DNA of 32,000 bases from Mycolicibacterium sp. GTDB lineage: Bacteria > Actinomycetota > Actinomycetes > Mycobacteriales > Mycobacteriaceae. Both the position numbers and the translations under genes were made by a program. The stretch lies in the NCBI RefSeq assembly GCF_050175175.1, contig NZ_JBFXJE010000030.1; one strand, given 5' to 3'. Shown here in pieces: positions 17,258 through 27,756 of this stretch; the first letter of the stretch is position 1; every line of letters begins with the position of its first letter. The notes beneath the pieces are model-generated. The model ran no database searches. It saw nothing but the letters and a program-made list of their open reading frames with translations, and was not told the origin of the DNA.

Positions 17258-17339
17258 TGCCTACCCACTTTCTTTACCTGTGTTCCCGCCGGTGTGGCGA
17301 GTCCTCCCGACCTCGTTGGTCGGTAAGTCGTCGAGACGA

Positions 17340-18608
17340 TCACCAATCGTCTTCGGTGTCCTCGTAGTCTTCGGGGGGCTGCGCCAACGGTTCAGGTGGC
17401 TTTAGGGCGGTCGGTTCTCCGCTACTTCTGCCTCGCTGCCTCAGCGCCCCCATCGGGCCGCCGACCGCGCCGGCGCCTGCGGGTGCCGGTCCGGCCACTG
17501 AAGCGCCAGGCGACGCCCCAGCGCCGCTTGTTATCCCGGTAGCCGACCAGTGCCGTTCTGTCGCTAGCAGAGTGGACATGAGAGGGGTGCTGGCAGCAGT
17601 CCCCCCGGCCCCTGGGAGCGAGGCAGCACGGACCATTCCCGACCCGGCCGCGGGTCCGGTCCCTCCGGTTGCCGGGTGGTTGGAGAAGGGCGGCGCGCCG
17701 AGCATTCCCAGCTGCGCACCGCGGTCGGTACTGCCGGCCATCTGGCCGAACATTGATGACATCTGTTGAAGCGGTTGAGTCAGCTGCTGGACCGGCTGGG
17801 TCGCCCCCTGCATCGCCTGCTGAGGTAGCTGGCTGAGGGTGGACCCGAGTTGAGCAGCCATCTGCAATCCCGTTTGGAAACTCTGCGAGGAATCGTGCGG
17901 CCCCCTTGGCTGGTCGGCCCGACCGCTGTTCAGTGCCGCCTCGTCAGCCTTACCCTGCGCGCTGACGTGGCTGAAGACTGCGTCGCGTACCCCAGCGTTG
18001 CCCGTCATGGCGGCCGCGCTGGACATCCCCATGGTCATAGCGGCAGCCGTCGCTCCGGGTACGACGATCGGCGTCGGCGCGACGACGGGCTCGAATGTCG
18101 TGTTGCTGATGGTCTCGGCTTCGTACGCGCTCATCACGCTGGCGGCCTGCGTCCACATCCGGGCGTAATCAGCTTCGTTGACCGCGATGGGAACGGTGTT
18201 AACTCCAAGGAAGTTTGTTGCGTTGAGAACCGCGTTGGTGACGTGGTTCCGCTCGATTTCTACCAGCTGTGGCGTAGTAGCGAGCGCGGTCGAGTACGCA
18301 CTTGCCTGAGCGGTGGCCTGAATTGCGCGCTTGTGTGCTTGCAGCGAAAGAATTCTCAGCCACGTCACCATCGGCATCGCGGCATGGATAGCTCGTTCGC
18401 TACCCATGCCACGCCATATCTGACTTAGAGATGACAGGCTGGCGGCGAATTCGTCGGCCTGGGCTTCCAGTGAGATAGCAAAAGCCTCCCACCCGGATGC
18501 GGCCTGCAGCATCGGGGCAGCGCCGGCTCCGGCCATTAGGCGCGAGGTATTCACCTCCGGGGGGAACGCACCCCAGATAGGAGGAAGGAATACAGTCGGC
18601 ACAGCCAT
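17340..18608 (-). CDS. PPE family protein, PPE68-like
   Basis: The N-terminal PPE domain is (FPPEVNTSRLMAGAGAAPMLQAASGWE...ATTPQLVEIERNH...NEADYARMW). The C-terminal half has QQLTQPLQQ, LGAPPFSNHPATGGTGPAAGSGMVRAASLPGAGG and an acidic ...EDYEDTEDDW end, matching my recollection of Mtb PPE68. Confidence 0.95.
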   Translation of the reverse strand: MAVPTVFLPPIWGAFPPEVNTSRLMAGAGAAPMLQAASGWEAFAISLEAQADEFAASLSSLSQIWRGMGSERAIHAAMPMVTWLRILSLQAHKRAIQATAQASAYSTALATTPQLVEIERNHVTNAVLNATNFLGVNTVPIAVNEADYARMWTQAASVMSAYEAETISNTTFEPVVAPTPIVVPGATAAAMTMGMSSAAAMTGNAGVRDAVFSHVSAQGKADEAALNSGRADQPRGPHDSSQSFQTGLQMAAQLGSTLSQLPQQAMQGATQPVQQLTQPLQQMSSMFGQMAGSTDRGAQLGMLGAPPFSNHPATGGTGPAAGSGMVRAASLPGAGGTAASTPLMSTLLATERHWSATGITSGAGASPGASVAGPAPAGAGAVGGPMGALRQRGRSSGEPTALKPPEPLAQPPEDYEDTEDDW

Positions 18609-18635
18609 GGACGTTTCTCGTGTCGGATATTCAGC

Positions 18636-18941
18636 TCAGGCCAGCGCCGCGGCGTTCGCACAGTCGACCGCCTGGTAGGTACCGGTGATTTCGATGATGG
18701 CGGCGCCGGCACGACCGATTTCTTCCTGGGCCAGGGCATTTACCGCAAAGGTCCGGGCTGCGTCGGCCGCGAACGCCGTCGCAGCGACCGCGGACACCTC
18801 ATCCGCGCCGGCCGGGACGAGCGCACCGGCCGCTGCCGTCGCGGCAGTTCCGGCGGCGATACCCCGGGCACCATTCCCGGTGATCTGGACGCCGATACCG
18901 ACTGCAGCAGCATCATGGCTTAGTTGTTGCATTCCCTCCAC
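18636..18941 (-). CDS. PE family protein, PE35-like
   Basis: The about 100-aa product reads ...SHDAAAVGIGVQ...LVPAGADEVSAVAATAFAA...TYQAVD (YxxxD). The start is either GTG at 18941 or ATG at 18932 (GAAAGG 8 nt upstream). Confidence 0.9.
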   Translation of the reverse strand: MEGMQQLSHDAAAVGIGVQITGNGARGIAAGTAATAAAGALVPAGADEVSAVAATAFAADAARTFAVNALAQEEIGRAGAAIIEITGTYQAVDCANAAALA

Positions 18942-19101
18942 CTTTCATTTCCATGGATAGGTAGTTCGACGGTATTTTGGGTATTAAAACTGATTGTCAA
19001 GCTAGGAAAGCGTTGCAATTACTTCATTTGATCGGATCCTACGCGTAAGTATTTGCTGAACTAACTTCGAGCTAATACTAACCACAGGCCGGGAGTGCAA
19101 C
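18942..19101 (-). promoter_or_regulatory. AT-rich intergenic region upstream of PE-PPE-esxB-esxA; candidate promoter / nucleoid-protein target
   Basis: By hand count, 18961-19080 has 46 G+C in 120 nt (38%) in an otherwise roughly 65% GC window. A perfect TTGACA lies on the coding (minus) strand at 19000-18995. I cannot place an unambiguous -10 hexamer; TACCGT at 18974-18969 has a 20-nt spacer. Confidence 0.4.
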
Positions 19102-20862
19102 TTACACCTTTTCTTCGGGAGGATCATCATGCGTAGCTTGAATCACTTCTTTCCCATCTGGTGTTACGTAGAACGCCTGGCCGGGCGGTCTTTTCTGAAC
19201 TAATATCTCGCGCGAGGGAAAATCTTGCCTTTCTCCGGATAAGAACATGGTTGGTGTCCCCGCTCCATATGCGGCGCCGACGAATTTGTCCATGGTCGAT
19301 CGGTGCGCATGGCTCATCTGGCATGTGACGACAAGGTGCAGACCGATGTCCGCAGCCGCGGGAATCAGTGGCGCGAGTGCGGACATCGGGGAGAGCATTC
19401 CGCCGGCCGCCACGATCATGTGCCAGTCATCGACCAGGAGCACGATGTCTGGACCAGTCCACCAAGACCGGGTGCGCAGCTCGGCCTGGGTGAGGTCCGC
19501 CGGTGGCAGTCGCTTGGTCAGATTGACGGCCAATGCTCGCACCGAGGCTTCCAGCATCGCGTGGTTGCGGTTAATCGCCCCGGCCGCGAGCAGATGCGTC
19601 TCCGGCACTGCCTCCAGAAGGCCTGAACGGTAGTCGGCGACCATGAAACGCACCTGTTCAGGGCTGTTCCGGGCGCAGATGGTGCGAGCGAGCGCACGAA
19701 CGATGGTCGTCTTGCCGGACTTTGGCGCACCAAAGACAAGCTGATGGGGACTTGTGTGCATGTGATTGTGCGCAACGGTCAGATCCGACTCGCGGATGCC
19801 GACCGGGATAGTCCACCGGGTGCGGTAGTCGGATTCGGGACCCGGTGGGTGCGGATCCACCTGTTGCGCGAAGACCCGGTCGGGTAGGACCCGCACGCGC
19901 GGAGCGTGGTCCGTATGACGGACCGAGATCTCTTGAACCGCAGTCGAAATTGCTGGCACCAGGTTCGCCGCGCTGTGTACTCCGTCCAGTCGTGGCACAC
20001 CGATCATCAGATGGTGCTTGTCTGTCGACACGGCACGGCCGGGGCGATTCAGCGGAATCTCGCGGGTAACGCGGTCAACCTGAGTCTCGTTGACGTCACC
20101 CAGGCGAAACTCCACCTTAGTACCGAGGTAGTCGCGCACCCGCGCCTTCAGTTCTGTCCAACGCGGCGTGGAGATCACGGTGTGTACGCCGTATGCCAGA
20201 CCCTGTGCGGCGATATCCTGCACGGTCGCTTCGAGGTCGGGGAATTCTGCCGCGAAAGCCGGCCAACCATCGATGATCAAGAAGACATCCCCGAATGGGT
20301 CCGTCGAAGCGGGATGATCCGGGTCCTCGCGCATCTGTCGATAGTCGGCCATCGATCCGGCCCGGAACTGTTTGAACGTCTGCTCACGCAGTCGCAGAAC
20401 TGTTTTCACCTCTGCCACAAGCCGGCTGACGCGGTCAGGCTCAGCCCTGGTCGCCACGCCTCCGACATGGGGGAGGTCCTCGATGTACATGAGCCCGCCG
20501 CCCCCCAGGTCGACGCAATAGAACTGGATTTGGCTCGGTGAATGTGACGTGGATGCCGACAGGATAAGAGTTTGGAGGAACGTCGACTTGCCGGTTTGAG
20601 GGGCACCGCCGACGGCGATGTTGCCCGCCGCCGTCGCGAAATCGATGCACCACACTTCCTGACGATGCCTGCGCGGTTCGTCCATGATGCCCAGCGCTAT
20701 CCTGAGCGGTCGACGGCTGCCGTCGCGAGAGATCAGTTCGTTCACGGGTGGTGGAGCAGCCAACGGCGGCAGCCACATTCGGTAGGCGCGATTCGCCGGG
20801 GTTGCTAGTTGCCTCAGGACGACCTCCCGCAACACCCTCACACCCTGTTCATCGGAAATCAT
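19102..20862 (-). CDS. eccCb: EccCb, FtsK/SpoIIIE-type ATPase (C-terminal two ATPase domains of split EccC)
   Basis: Two P-loops are present ([14 protein letters not shown] and [14 protein letters not shown]). ATG at 20862 overlaps the eccCa stop (ATGA). A split eccC is the ESX-1 arrangement. Confidence 0.95.
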   Translation of the reverse strand: MISDEQGVRVLREVVLRQLATPANRAYRMWLPPLAAPPPVNELISRDGSRRPLRIALGIMDEPRRHRQEVWCIDFATAAGNIAVGGAPQTGKSTFLQTLILSASTSHSPSQIQFYCVDLGGGGLMYIEDLPHVGGVATRAEPDRVSRLVAEVKTVLRLREQTFKQFRAGSMADYRQMREDPDHPASTDPFGDVFLIIDGWPAFAAEFPDLEATVQDIAAQGLAYGVHTVISTPRWTELKARVRDYLGTKVEFRLGDVNETQVDRVTREIPLNRPGRAVSTDKHHLMIGVPRLDGVHSAANLVPAISTAVQEISVRHTDHAPRVRVLPDRVFAQQVDPHPPGPESDYRTRWTIPVGIRESDLTVAHNHMHTSPHQLVFGAPKSGKTTIVRALARTICARNSPEQVRFMVADYRSGLLEAVPETHLLAAGAINRNHAMLEASVRALAVNLTKRLPPADLTQAELRTRSWWTGPDIVLLVDDWHMIVAAGGMLSPMSALAPLIPAAADIGLHLVVTCQMSHAHRSTMDKFVGAAYGAGTPTMFLSGERQDFPSREILVQKRPPGQAFYVTPDGKEVIQATHDDPPEEKV

Positions 20863-23087
20863 GGTCCGACGCTCGCTTCGACGACGGGGCCGACGGTGAA
20901 GCGGTGGACCTGGATGCTGCGTTCGAATACACGTGACGCCGTGGCGCCGTCGTCATCCGTCTTCTTCGTTGGCCGAAGCGGAATTCCGGTATAGACGCTC
21001 TGGAACTTCACCGGGTCTTCCATTCCCACCCGGAGGAATCCGACACCGCTCTCCTTGCTGGAAATGTACTGAGCCTCCGGCGTTCCGATGACAGCCTTCG
21101 ACTCTGCGGAACTGGTAGTGCGCAGAGCGATTCGGTAGGTCAGGTTCGGTTCGAGCTTGTCAATGCGGGCTCCGCCGGTGTTCAGCGACTGAGTGGCCAG
21201 CAGCAGATGAACCCGTAGTGATCTACCCACGCGGCAGATGCGGTCGAACAGTCCAATGAAGTCGGGGTAATTCTGCAGCAACTCGGCGAACTCGTCGACG
21301 ACGACGAAAAGGGTGGGCAGCGGGACGAGATCCGCGCCCCGCTCCCGGTACCTCTCGTACTCGGCGACGCCTGAGAGTGCGCCGGAGGTACCTACCTGCA
21401 CACCTGCGTGCCGCAGGAGGGATTGTCGGCGATCCAGCTCACCGCTGAGGACCTCGGCCATCCGGCCCACCAGCTCCGCTTCTTCCTCCATGTTAGTAAC
21501 CACCGCGGCGGTGTGTGGAAGCCGTTCCATGCCCAGGAATGTGGAACCACCCTTGAAGTCGGTCAGCAGCAAGTTGATCTGGTCCGGGTGATGTGTTGCC
21601 GCCAGCGAAAGAATAAGCGTTCGTAGGAATTCCGACTTGCCCGAGCCGGTGGTCCCGATCAACATCCCGTGCGGACCGGACCCGAACTCGGCGCCTTCCT
21701 TGATGTCTAGGTGCATTACGTGACCCGTCTTGAGCTCATGGCCGAACGGAATCCTCAAGCGATCGCGGTCGGAGTCCTCGAACATCCGCCAGCGCGCTGG
21801 GGTCACTTCCGCAACGGTGGCTGCGCCGACGATTTCATGCCACTGGGTGGCGACTTTGCGCTGGACCCGGTTGCTCTTATTGATGATGGTCCCGGAGACC
21901 GACCAGCCGGCCAGCTTGCGTGCTATCCGCTGGGCCTGGCCGGGCGTCATCGTGTCCACCGCGCTGGCAACCTGGCGGAAGCTCTGGTTTGGCAGCCGGT
22001 CGTCAGCCTCGCCGTTGCCGGAGACCCGAATCCGGTACGCCGAGGTGCGGTGATTTCCCAGTGTTATGACGGTTACCCCGTCCCGACCGTCAACCGGGAA
22101 TCCCGCTCTGCCACTTGTCAAGTCGATGACAACTACATGCGGACCGCTGGCAATAGCGTCCGCGGCGTGTGGACCGCGCGGGGTTAGGTCGCTGAGCATC
22201 TCCGGCCGGGTGCCTACCAATCGTGTGCTGCCCGCAGCGTCGGAGTCGGATGGATGCTGGAGATGCGGCAACCACTTCAACCATTCCCAGTCCGGGTGCT
22301 CGGGGCTGTCGGTCAGCACCCGTATCTGCAGCAGGTGCGGCGGATGAAACACCGCCAGATGGCAGATCATCGCGCGCAACAGCGCCGCCGCGCCGCCTGG
22401 GTCACCGCCGACCGCGATGGAGGGAAATGTGCGCATTTGCAACAACTTCGGGCAGTCATGGACGAGCCCGTGGGTGCGAAGAAACTTCGTCACCCACATG
22501 TGGCTCACTGGCTCGAGGTGTGGCTGGGGTGCGCCATCAGGGCCGGCAAGCTCACCGCCCGCGGCGGGCTTCAGTAGCCGGTCAATCGCGGGTTCGGTTC
22601 CAGTACCGATCCGGGCGGCTGCGTAGAAGTCCGCGGTCGTGGACCTCGACCACTGCCGATGAGTCCCGACGATAGACAGCAGGTCGTCCGGATGGGGCGC
22701 GTGGTAGTTGAAGAATCTCACCTGGGCCGCCGCCGACGAGGTGACCCGGTCGCGCAATCCCGCGAGATAGCGGAGGTACTCCCTGCGGTCGGCGTTGATT
22801 TCGGGTGTCTTTTTGCCGCCGGCGCCACCGCCTGCCATCAGGCCCACAGCGGCCATCACCATCATTAGCGGCATCATCAGCATGTACGGCGACAGTTGTC
22901 GCACACCGCTGAAGATCATGATCGCGATCATGCCGAGCATGCACCCGCCCAGCACCCAGGGCAGCGCCTTCTGCATGCCCGACGGGGGTATTTCGATCCC
23001 GAGGTCCTCGGGCGCGGCCACGGTGATCTCCCCCGGGGTGAGGCGGGGTCCGCGTTTGAAGGCGGGAGTGAACTTTCGTGTCGTCAT
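20859..23087 (-). CDS. eccCa: EccCa, membrane-anchored FtsK/SpoIIIE-type ATPase (N-terminal part of split EccC)
   Basis: N-terminal TM segments ([18 protein letters not shown]..., [17 protein letters not shown]) are followed by the P-loop [14 protein letters not shown] and a Walker B motif LFVVVDEF. Confidence 0.95.
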   Translation of the reverse strand: MTTRKFTPAFKRGPRLTPGEITVAAPEDLGIEIPPSGMQKALPWVLGGCMLGMIAIMIFSGVRQLSPYMLMMPLMMVMAAVGLMAGGGAGGKKTPEINADRREYLRYLAGLRDRVTSSAAAQVRFFNYHAPHPDDLLSIVGTHRQWSRSTTADFYAAARIGTGTEPAIDRLLKPAAGGELAGPDGAPQPHLEPVSHMWVTKFLRTHGLVHDCPKLLQMRTFPSIAVGGDPGGAAALLRAMICHLAVFHPPHLLQIRVLTDSPEHPDWEWLKWLPHLQHPSDSDAAGSTRLVGTRPEMLSDLTPRGPHAADAIASGPHVVVIDLTSGRAGFPVDGRDGVTVITLGNHRTSAYRIRVSGNGEADDRLPNQSFRQVASAVDTMTPGQAQRIARKLAGWSVSGTIINKSNRVQRKVATQWHEIVGAATVAEVTPARWRMFEDSDRDRLRIPFGHELKTGHVMHLDIKEGAEFGSGPHGMLIGTTGSGKSEFLRTLILSLAATHHPDQINLLLTDFKGGSTFLGMERLPHTAAVVTNMEEEAELVGRMAEVLSGELDRRQSLLRHAGVQVGTSGALSGVAEYERYRERGADLVPLPTLFVVVDEFAELLQNYPDFIGLFDRICRVGRSLRVHLLLATQSLNTGGARIDKLEPNLTYRIALRTTSSAESKAVIGTPEAQYISSKESGVGFLRVGMEDPVKFQSVYTGIPLRPTKKTDDDGATASRVFERSIQVHRFTVGPVVEASVGP

Positions 23088-24535
23088 CGATCACCGCTCC
23101 GGCCGTCAGAGACTTTTCGAGAATTCGGATCCGCGGGAAGCGTGTCGTGTTCGACCAACGCGGCCCCCTTGGACAGGACCGGACCGTCCACGAGCAGGCG
23201 TACGACTGGCCACGGAGCATTGATTGGAGAGTTGAGTCCCAGCTGCGCGGCGGTTGGAGCGTCGGGGAGGCCATAGCGCACCCCTTGTGGATCCACGTAG
23301 TACAGATGCTCGCCGACGCGTGGGTTCGGTGACTGCACTCGCAGATACTGGCCGGTGGAGAGATAAACCGTTGCTTCATTGCCGATCTGCTCGATACCGG
23401 TACCGAGTGCCGAGATGGGAAGGGGAAGGTGCCTTCCGGCGATCACCGTGGTCTTCGCGCCGTGGTCGGCGCCCTGGCGTTCCCATGCCCAGCACAGCGT
23501 CGGCGCGTCTTGTCGGGAAAGGATTCGCATCGGCTGGTTCGGCAACGGTGAGTGGTACACCTGCTCGTTGATTCGGGCGACCGCGCTGGGTTCGATTGCG
23601 GGCGGCGCTACCAGGCCATAGGAGTCGGTGGCCCGCAATGCGGCGGCCGTAGTGTCATTGATCCGCGCAACGCCATCGGGCAGCACCACGAAATGCTCTG
23701 TCCCGGAATGGGTCACAGTGTTGAATACCGATCCGATCACCAGTTCTGACGGCAAGCCCAGCGTGTTGGGCGCGCCGCCGCCGGGAATGTCCGGAAGGCG
23801 CCACGCCCCACCCTCGGGCAGCGCGTTGAACAGCCCATCCGATATCGGGATCGACCGAGTCGTCACCGCAATACCCAGGGACGAGGTGACTGCGCGATCG
23901 GCGAGGTCGATGGCGTGCCGTCCGTCACTGGTGACCAGCCAGTCTCGGTGCTCGTGCGCCACCAACATTCCCTGCTGAGGCGCCAGCGGCCCCACCGACG
24001 CGTCCAGCACCAGTGGCATGATGAGAACGGCCATGTTGACGGCCGGGGAGACGCTCTCCGGGTTGATGACGGTGTCGCACAAAGACCACTGGGAGTCAGC
24101 CGATGTGGACACCGGAGTGGCATATGGCGCGCCCGGTATGCCCAATGTCTGTCCCCGCGGCATCCCGTCCAACTCGGCGGACGTGACGGGTACCGGCTTC
24201 GCGTCGTCACCAAGGATCAGGCGTGCCGAGGTCAGGTTGTATACGGGACGCAGCTGACCACTGCCGGGGAGAACGACGAACAGCTGGTTGGTGGATCGGT
24301 CGACGAGGAGGCTCTCCCCGCCCCGCTTCCCAAGGGGTTTGAAGAAGGCTAGGAGTGCAGCGCCCAGACAGATGAGCACGGCGATCACAATCCCGGCAGT
24401 GACGGCGCGGCTGTAGAACTGGATGGGGTCGTCAAACATCCGGGTGTCCCGGCGCACGAGCGCATGTTCCACGCGGCGCAGCAGAAATCGCCAGCCGCTC
24501 ACCTGAACTTTCGTGGTGAGCCTAAATCCTGTCAT
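23084..24535 (-). CDS. eccB: EccB, ESX core membrane component
   Basis: [32 protein letters not shown] is followed by a single TM segment and a large extracytoplasmic domain. It sits between eccA and eccCa. Its start lies 14 nt inside the eccA 3' end. Confidence 0.95.
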   Translation of the reverse strand: MTGFRLTTKVQVSGWRFLLRRVEHALVRRDTRMFDDPIQFYSRAVTAGIVIAVLICLGAALLAFFKPLGKRGGESLLVDRSTNQLFVVLPGSGQLRPVYNLTSARLILGDDAKPVPVTSAELDGMPRGQTLGIPGAPYATPVSTSADSQWSLCDTVINPESVSPAVNMAVLIMPLVLDASVGPLAPQQGMLVAHEHRDWLVTSDGRHAIDLADRAVTSSLGIAVTTRSIPISDGLFNALPEGGAWRLPDIPGGGAPNTLGLPSELVIGSVFNTVTHSGTEHFVVLPDGVARINDTTAAALRATDSYGLVAPPAIEPSAVARINEQVYHSPLPNQPMRILSRQDAPTLCWAWERQGADHGAKTTVIAGRHLPLPISALGTGIEQIGNEATVYLSTGQYLRVQSPNPRVGEHLYYVDPQGVRYGLPDAPTAAQLGLNSPINAPWPVVRLLVDGPVLSKGAALVEHDTLPADPNSRKVSDGRSGDR

Positions 24536-26273
24536 CAGGTGTCCGATCAGGTTCAGGCGGTAGGTTCAAGCGGCGGTGCACCGACCGGATCGCCGCGGCC
24601 ATATCTTCTCCGCTGATCTCGCTGAGTTGCTCGGTGGCAAGGGATTCGATGTCCGGCGCTCGGGCCAGCCGCATGTCTCGCGTCTGCTCGGCGGCTTCGA
24701 CAAGTTGCCGGGCATAGCGGCCGTTGCCCGCCACATCGAGTGCCGGCTTGTCCTTGACGGTGCCGTGGACCAGCTGTGTCACCGCCTCGAAGACTCTCTT
24801 GGCGGCGTCTTCGGCAAGGTTGGAGTCATTGCCGAGGGCTATGACATTGGCGATGTCGACGATCTCGTCCGGAGAATAGGAATCGAACTCGATTCGGGTG
24901 GAGAAACGTGACCGCAGGCCGTCGTTGGTTTCCAGGAGCCGATCGATCTCGTTGCTGTAGCCGGCAATGATCACCACCAGTTCATCTCGATCGTTTTCCA
25001 TCCGGGCCAACAGGGTGTCCATTGCCTCGGTCCCGAACGGGTCGGCGCGGCCATCGCGCTCCTGCACCAACGCGTAGGCCTCGTCGATGAACAGGACGCC
25101 ACCCATCGCGCGATCAATGGTTCGTGCAGTCTTCGCCGCTGATTGTCCCTCGTATTCGGCGACGAAATCCTTGCGCGAGGCCTCGACGAGCTTTGGTTCG
25201 GCGGTCACGCCGAGTCCGGCGAGAATGTTGGCGACGACTCGGGCGATAGTGGTCTTGCCCGTTCCCGGCGGACCGGTGAAAATCATGTGCTTGGTCGCTT
25301 GCGTGACCTTCATCCCGCGGGCCGCTCGAACCTTGGCCATTTGAGTGGCGGCGCGATAGCGCTCGATCTGCTCCTTGACCCGGCACAGGCCGATCTGCCG
25401 GTCAAGTTCGGCCTGCGCGGTGGCCAGCAGCTCCTCCCTGCCGGCGTGGTCCGCCTCGGTTGTGGAGGGGTCCCACGGATCCCGCCTGAACGCAATCTGC
25501 TCCGCCGTGGTGGTTTTCAGTCGGTAGGACGGGTCTCTCAGTGCCTTTGAGACCGTGGGATTCGGGTGGGTGGCTTGCAGCCATTCGAGCAGTGCGAGGG
25601 CGGCATCCTCATTTCCCTGGCAGCGTCTCGTCATCGCCAGGAACCAGGCGATCGTCGGTGCGCAGGCTTCACCCGCAGGCGACGAATTCGCTGCCACGAG
25701 CAGCCGTTCGGCCTCGTTGAAGAGTCCAAGGTTGGCTGCTGCCACGCCATGAGCCACCCCCGCGGCCGCGCCGAGAAACGTATCCGGCCACGTAACAGCC
25801 CCCCGAACGGCGTCGATAACATCCGTCCATCGTTGTGCAGCACCGTAAATGGCTGCTTTGGCCCAGGCCAAGAGATACTCGGCGGCTGGTGAGGTTGCTA
25901 TCTCGAGCGCATCGATCGCATCGTCGTAGTTGCCCTCGGTCGCCTCGTTGACAGCGAAGCCGATAGTGAGCGCCAGCGGGGACACCACCGGATAGGTGAT
26001 GTCGCCGTAGCAGCCTCCGATTGACACGCGCGCGGCCAGACTGTTCATCGATACCTCGGCGGCCCCGGCCAGCGACCCGAAGTTGGCGCGCGAGTACCAA
26101 GCACGGAACATGGTCACCCGTTCCGTGTCGCCACATCGGATCCGCCCCACCCAAGCGTCGCAAGCCGATTCGTCGAGTTCGGTGATTTCGGTGAAGAGCT
26201 CCAGCGAACGGGCCGGCGACGTGGGCAGCATGCCGATCGCGGTGCCGAAGGTTCTTTCCAGATGTTCGGTCAT
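24522..26273 (-). CDS. eccA: EccA, cytosolic AAA+ (CbxX-like) ATPase with TPR-like N-domain
   Basis: Walker A is [19 protein letters not shown] and Walker B is [11 protein letters not shown]. The N-terminal about 280 aa are helical-repeat sequence. ATG at 26273 overlaps the espH stop (ATGA). Confidence 0.95.
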   Translation of the reverse strand: MTEHLERTFGTAIGMLPTSPARSLELFTEITELDESACDAWVGRIRCGDTERVTMFRAWYSRANFGSLAGAAEVSMNSLAARVSIGGCYGDITYPVVSPLALTIGFAVNEATEGNYDDAIDALEIATSPAAEYLLAWAKAAIYGAAQRWTDVIDAVRGAVTWPDTFLGAAAGVAHGVAAANLGLFNEAERLLVAANSSPAGEACAPTIAWFLAMTRRCQGNEDAALALLEWLQATHPNPTVSKALRDPSYRLKTTTAEQIAFRRDPWDPSTTEADHAGREELLATAQAELDRQIGLCRVKEQIERYRAATQMAKVRAARGMKVTQATKHMIFTGPPGTGKTTIARVVANILAGLGVTAEPKLVEASRKDFVAEYEGQSAAKTARTIDRAMGGVLFIDEAYALVQERDGRADPFGTEAMDTLLARMENDRDELVVIIAGYSNEIDRLLETNDGLRSRFSTRIEFDSYSPDEIVDIANVIALGNDSNLAEDAAKRVFEAVTQLVHGTVKDKPALDVAGNGRYARQLVEAAEQTRDMRLARAPDIESLATEQLSEISGEDMAAAIRSVHRRLNLPPEPDRTPDDRI

Positions 26274-26839
26274 TCGTCACCCGCGTAGCGTGTGGCGAAG
26301 ATCGCGGTGCGGGCGGCCAAAGCCTGTTCCGGAGTCGGAAGCTGGAGATCGCGGTTCAGGAAGTCGCGGGTGCCCACGCTGTCGTGACCGTGTTCACGCA
26401 TACCCGCGAGCAGATCCGTGTACTGGGCTGACCTGGCCGCCTGGGTCGCCAGGCCGGCAATGACCACGATTTCATCGGCCAACAGCGACTCGGTCATGCT
26501 GGCCGCGGCTGGCGACAGGTCGACCTGGTGTACCCGGCCATCCATCAGTGTCGTCACCGTCACCGTTCCCGGTGGATTGGTGACCGTGAAGTGCCGCTGT
26601 CCGTCGGATAGATCCGATATGTCGGCTGTGGCCTCCGGTCTGAGCGCCCCGAGAATCGACGAGGTTTCGTTCTCGGCCGCATCCCTTTCGTGAACGCTGC
26701 TGAAGTCCAGAAGTTCCAGGTCACTGTGGTCACTGTGGTCACCGTGGATACCGTGGATACCGTGGATACCGTGGATACCGGGGTCACCGGGGTCACCGTG
26801 AACCTCGTTAGCGGAACCGTCGGGAATCAGATGGGTCAC
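26270..26839 (-). CDS. espH: EspH-like ESX-1 secretion-associated protein (YbaB/EbfC-like fold family)
   Basis: LELLDFSS...HFTVTNPPGTVTVTTLMDGRVHQVDL...MTESLLADEIVVIAGLATQAARSAQY...LQLPTPEQ...FATRY is collinear with my recollection of Mtb EspH. The GTG start overlaps the espG stop (GTGA). Confidence 0.85.
   Translation of the reverse strand: MTHLIPDGSANEVHGDPGDPGIHGIHGIHGIHGDHSDHSDLELLDFSSVHERDAAENETSSILGALRPEATADISDLSDGQRHFTVTNPPGTVTVTTLMDGRVHQVDLSPAAASMTESLLADEIVVIAGLATQAARSAQYTDLLAGMREHGHDSVGTRDFLNRDLQLPTPEQALAARTAIFATRYAGDE
26720..26800. repeat. Nine consecutive 9-bp in-frame tandem units inside espH (encodes HGD-PGD-PGI-HGI-HGI-HGI-HGD-HSD-HSD)
   Basis: Read directly: GTCACTGTG x2, GTCACCGTG, GATACCGTG x3, GATACCGGG, GTCACCGGG, GTCACCGTG, with no spacer. 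Confidence 0.9.
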
Positions 26840-27756
26840 AGTTCGCCCCCACCCTTCTCATTCGGCAACGAGGTGTCCTCGTATCGGCTGCCGGACACGT
26901 CCGGGGTGTCGAACCACGAGCCCGACGGGAGAAAGTCCATCAATCCGTATAGGGCGCGCTCGAGATTCTGCTGGGTGCCCGGAAGAAAACTGCCGTACAG
27001 CTCACCGTTGACTTTTCGTGGAATCGACACAATCCTGCCGAGCGAGGAGTCCAAGACGCCTGCGCCCACGCCGGCCTGTGAATGGGTCCCTCCGGAATGG
27101 CGCTCATTTGCCGTGATCTCGACCCAGCCTGTCGGGCGGCTGGTCGCCGCTGCGTAGATCCGGGCAGACGAAGGGGCCAGGCCGCGGTTGATCAAGTGCT
27201 CGGCAGTGCGAACTTCGGCCATTTGTGTCGCGATGCCCGTCAGCGGCTCGACGTCGGCAGGTGTTGCGGTGCCGATGACCACGTTGAGCATTCCTGCCAG
27301 GCCGATCTGTGGCGCGACCCGCTGCAGCACCAGCATCTGTTCATCACGCACCGCGAGAACGTGGCGTTCGCCCCTGCGGCACAACACGAAGCGCACCATC
27401 TTCCCGCCGGCCTCGCAGCGCCACCATCGGCATTCGAGCGTGCGATCGGGCCGGCTCAGGGTGTGCATCATCGCGGCAACTTCGGGGTGGGGCTCTCCGG
27501 TGGCGGTGAGGATCTGCTGCGCTGTCAGGTCGCGAACGACGTGATCCCACACCGCGGCACGCTGGTCCTGGTACGGAATGTTGGGCCGGATCCCAAGGGA
27601 GAGGGGGAAATCGACGAGGTTAAGGCGATCGGCGAGGACCAGAATGGCATCGATGGTGACTTCAACAGCGACGACGTCATCGTGGTGGGTCGGTTGGTGG
27701 TGGGTGGGTCGGCAGTGGGTGGATTGGCTGTGTCCAAACAGCGAGGCGGCCGTCAT
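26836..27756 (-). CDS. espG: EspG-like ESX-specific PE/PPE chaperone
   Basis: The call rests on its position between espF and espH and on an EspG-like sequence (VEVTIDAILVLADRLNLVDFPLSLGIRPNIP...VLAVRDEQMLVLQRV...GRIVSIPRKVNGELYGSFLPG). ATG at 27756 forms an ATGA overlap with the espF stop. The longer track ORF (to 27957) overlaps espF and is not used. Confidence 0.8.
   Translation of the reverse strand: MTAASLFGHSQSTHCRPTHHQPTHHDDVVAVEVTIDAILVLADRLNLVDFPLSLGIRPNIPYQDQRAAVWDHVVRDLTAQQILTATGEPHPEVAAMMHTLSRPDRTLECRWWRCEAGGKMVRFVLCRRGERHVLAVRDEQMLVLQRVAPQIGLAGMLNVVIGTATPADVEPLTGIATQMAEVRTAEHLINRGLAPSSARIYAAATSRPTGWVEITANERHSGGTHSQAGVGAGVLDSSLGRIVSIPRKVNGELYGSFLPGTQQNLERALYGLMDFLPSGSWFDTPDVSGSRYEDTSLPNEKGGGEL

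Noticed and set aside
17307-17323. Small hairpin (CCGACC-TCGTT-GGTCGG) between PPE and esxB as a possible attenuator or processing site
   Set aside because: It has only a 6-bp stem, which is expected by chance in GC-rich DNA, and no flanking features support a function.
26720-26800. Possible CRISPR-like or other non-coding array from the 9-bp periodicity
   Set aside because: The units are contiguous with no spacers, are far too short, and lie in frame inside espH. This is a coding tandem repeat, not a CRISPR array.
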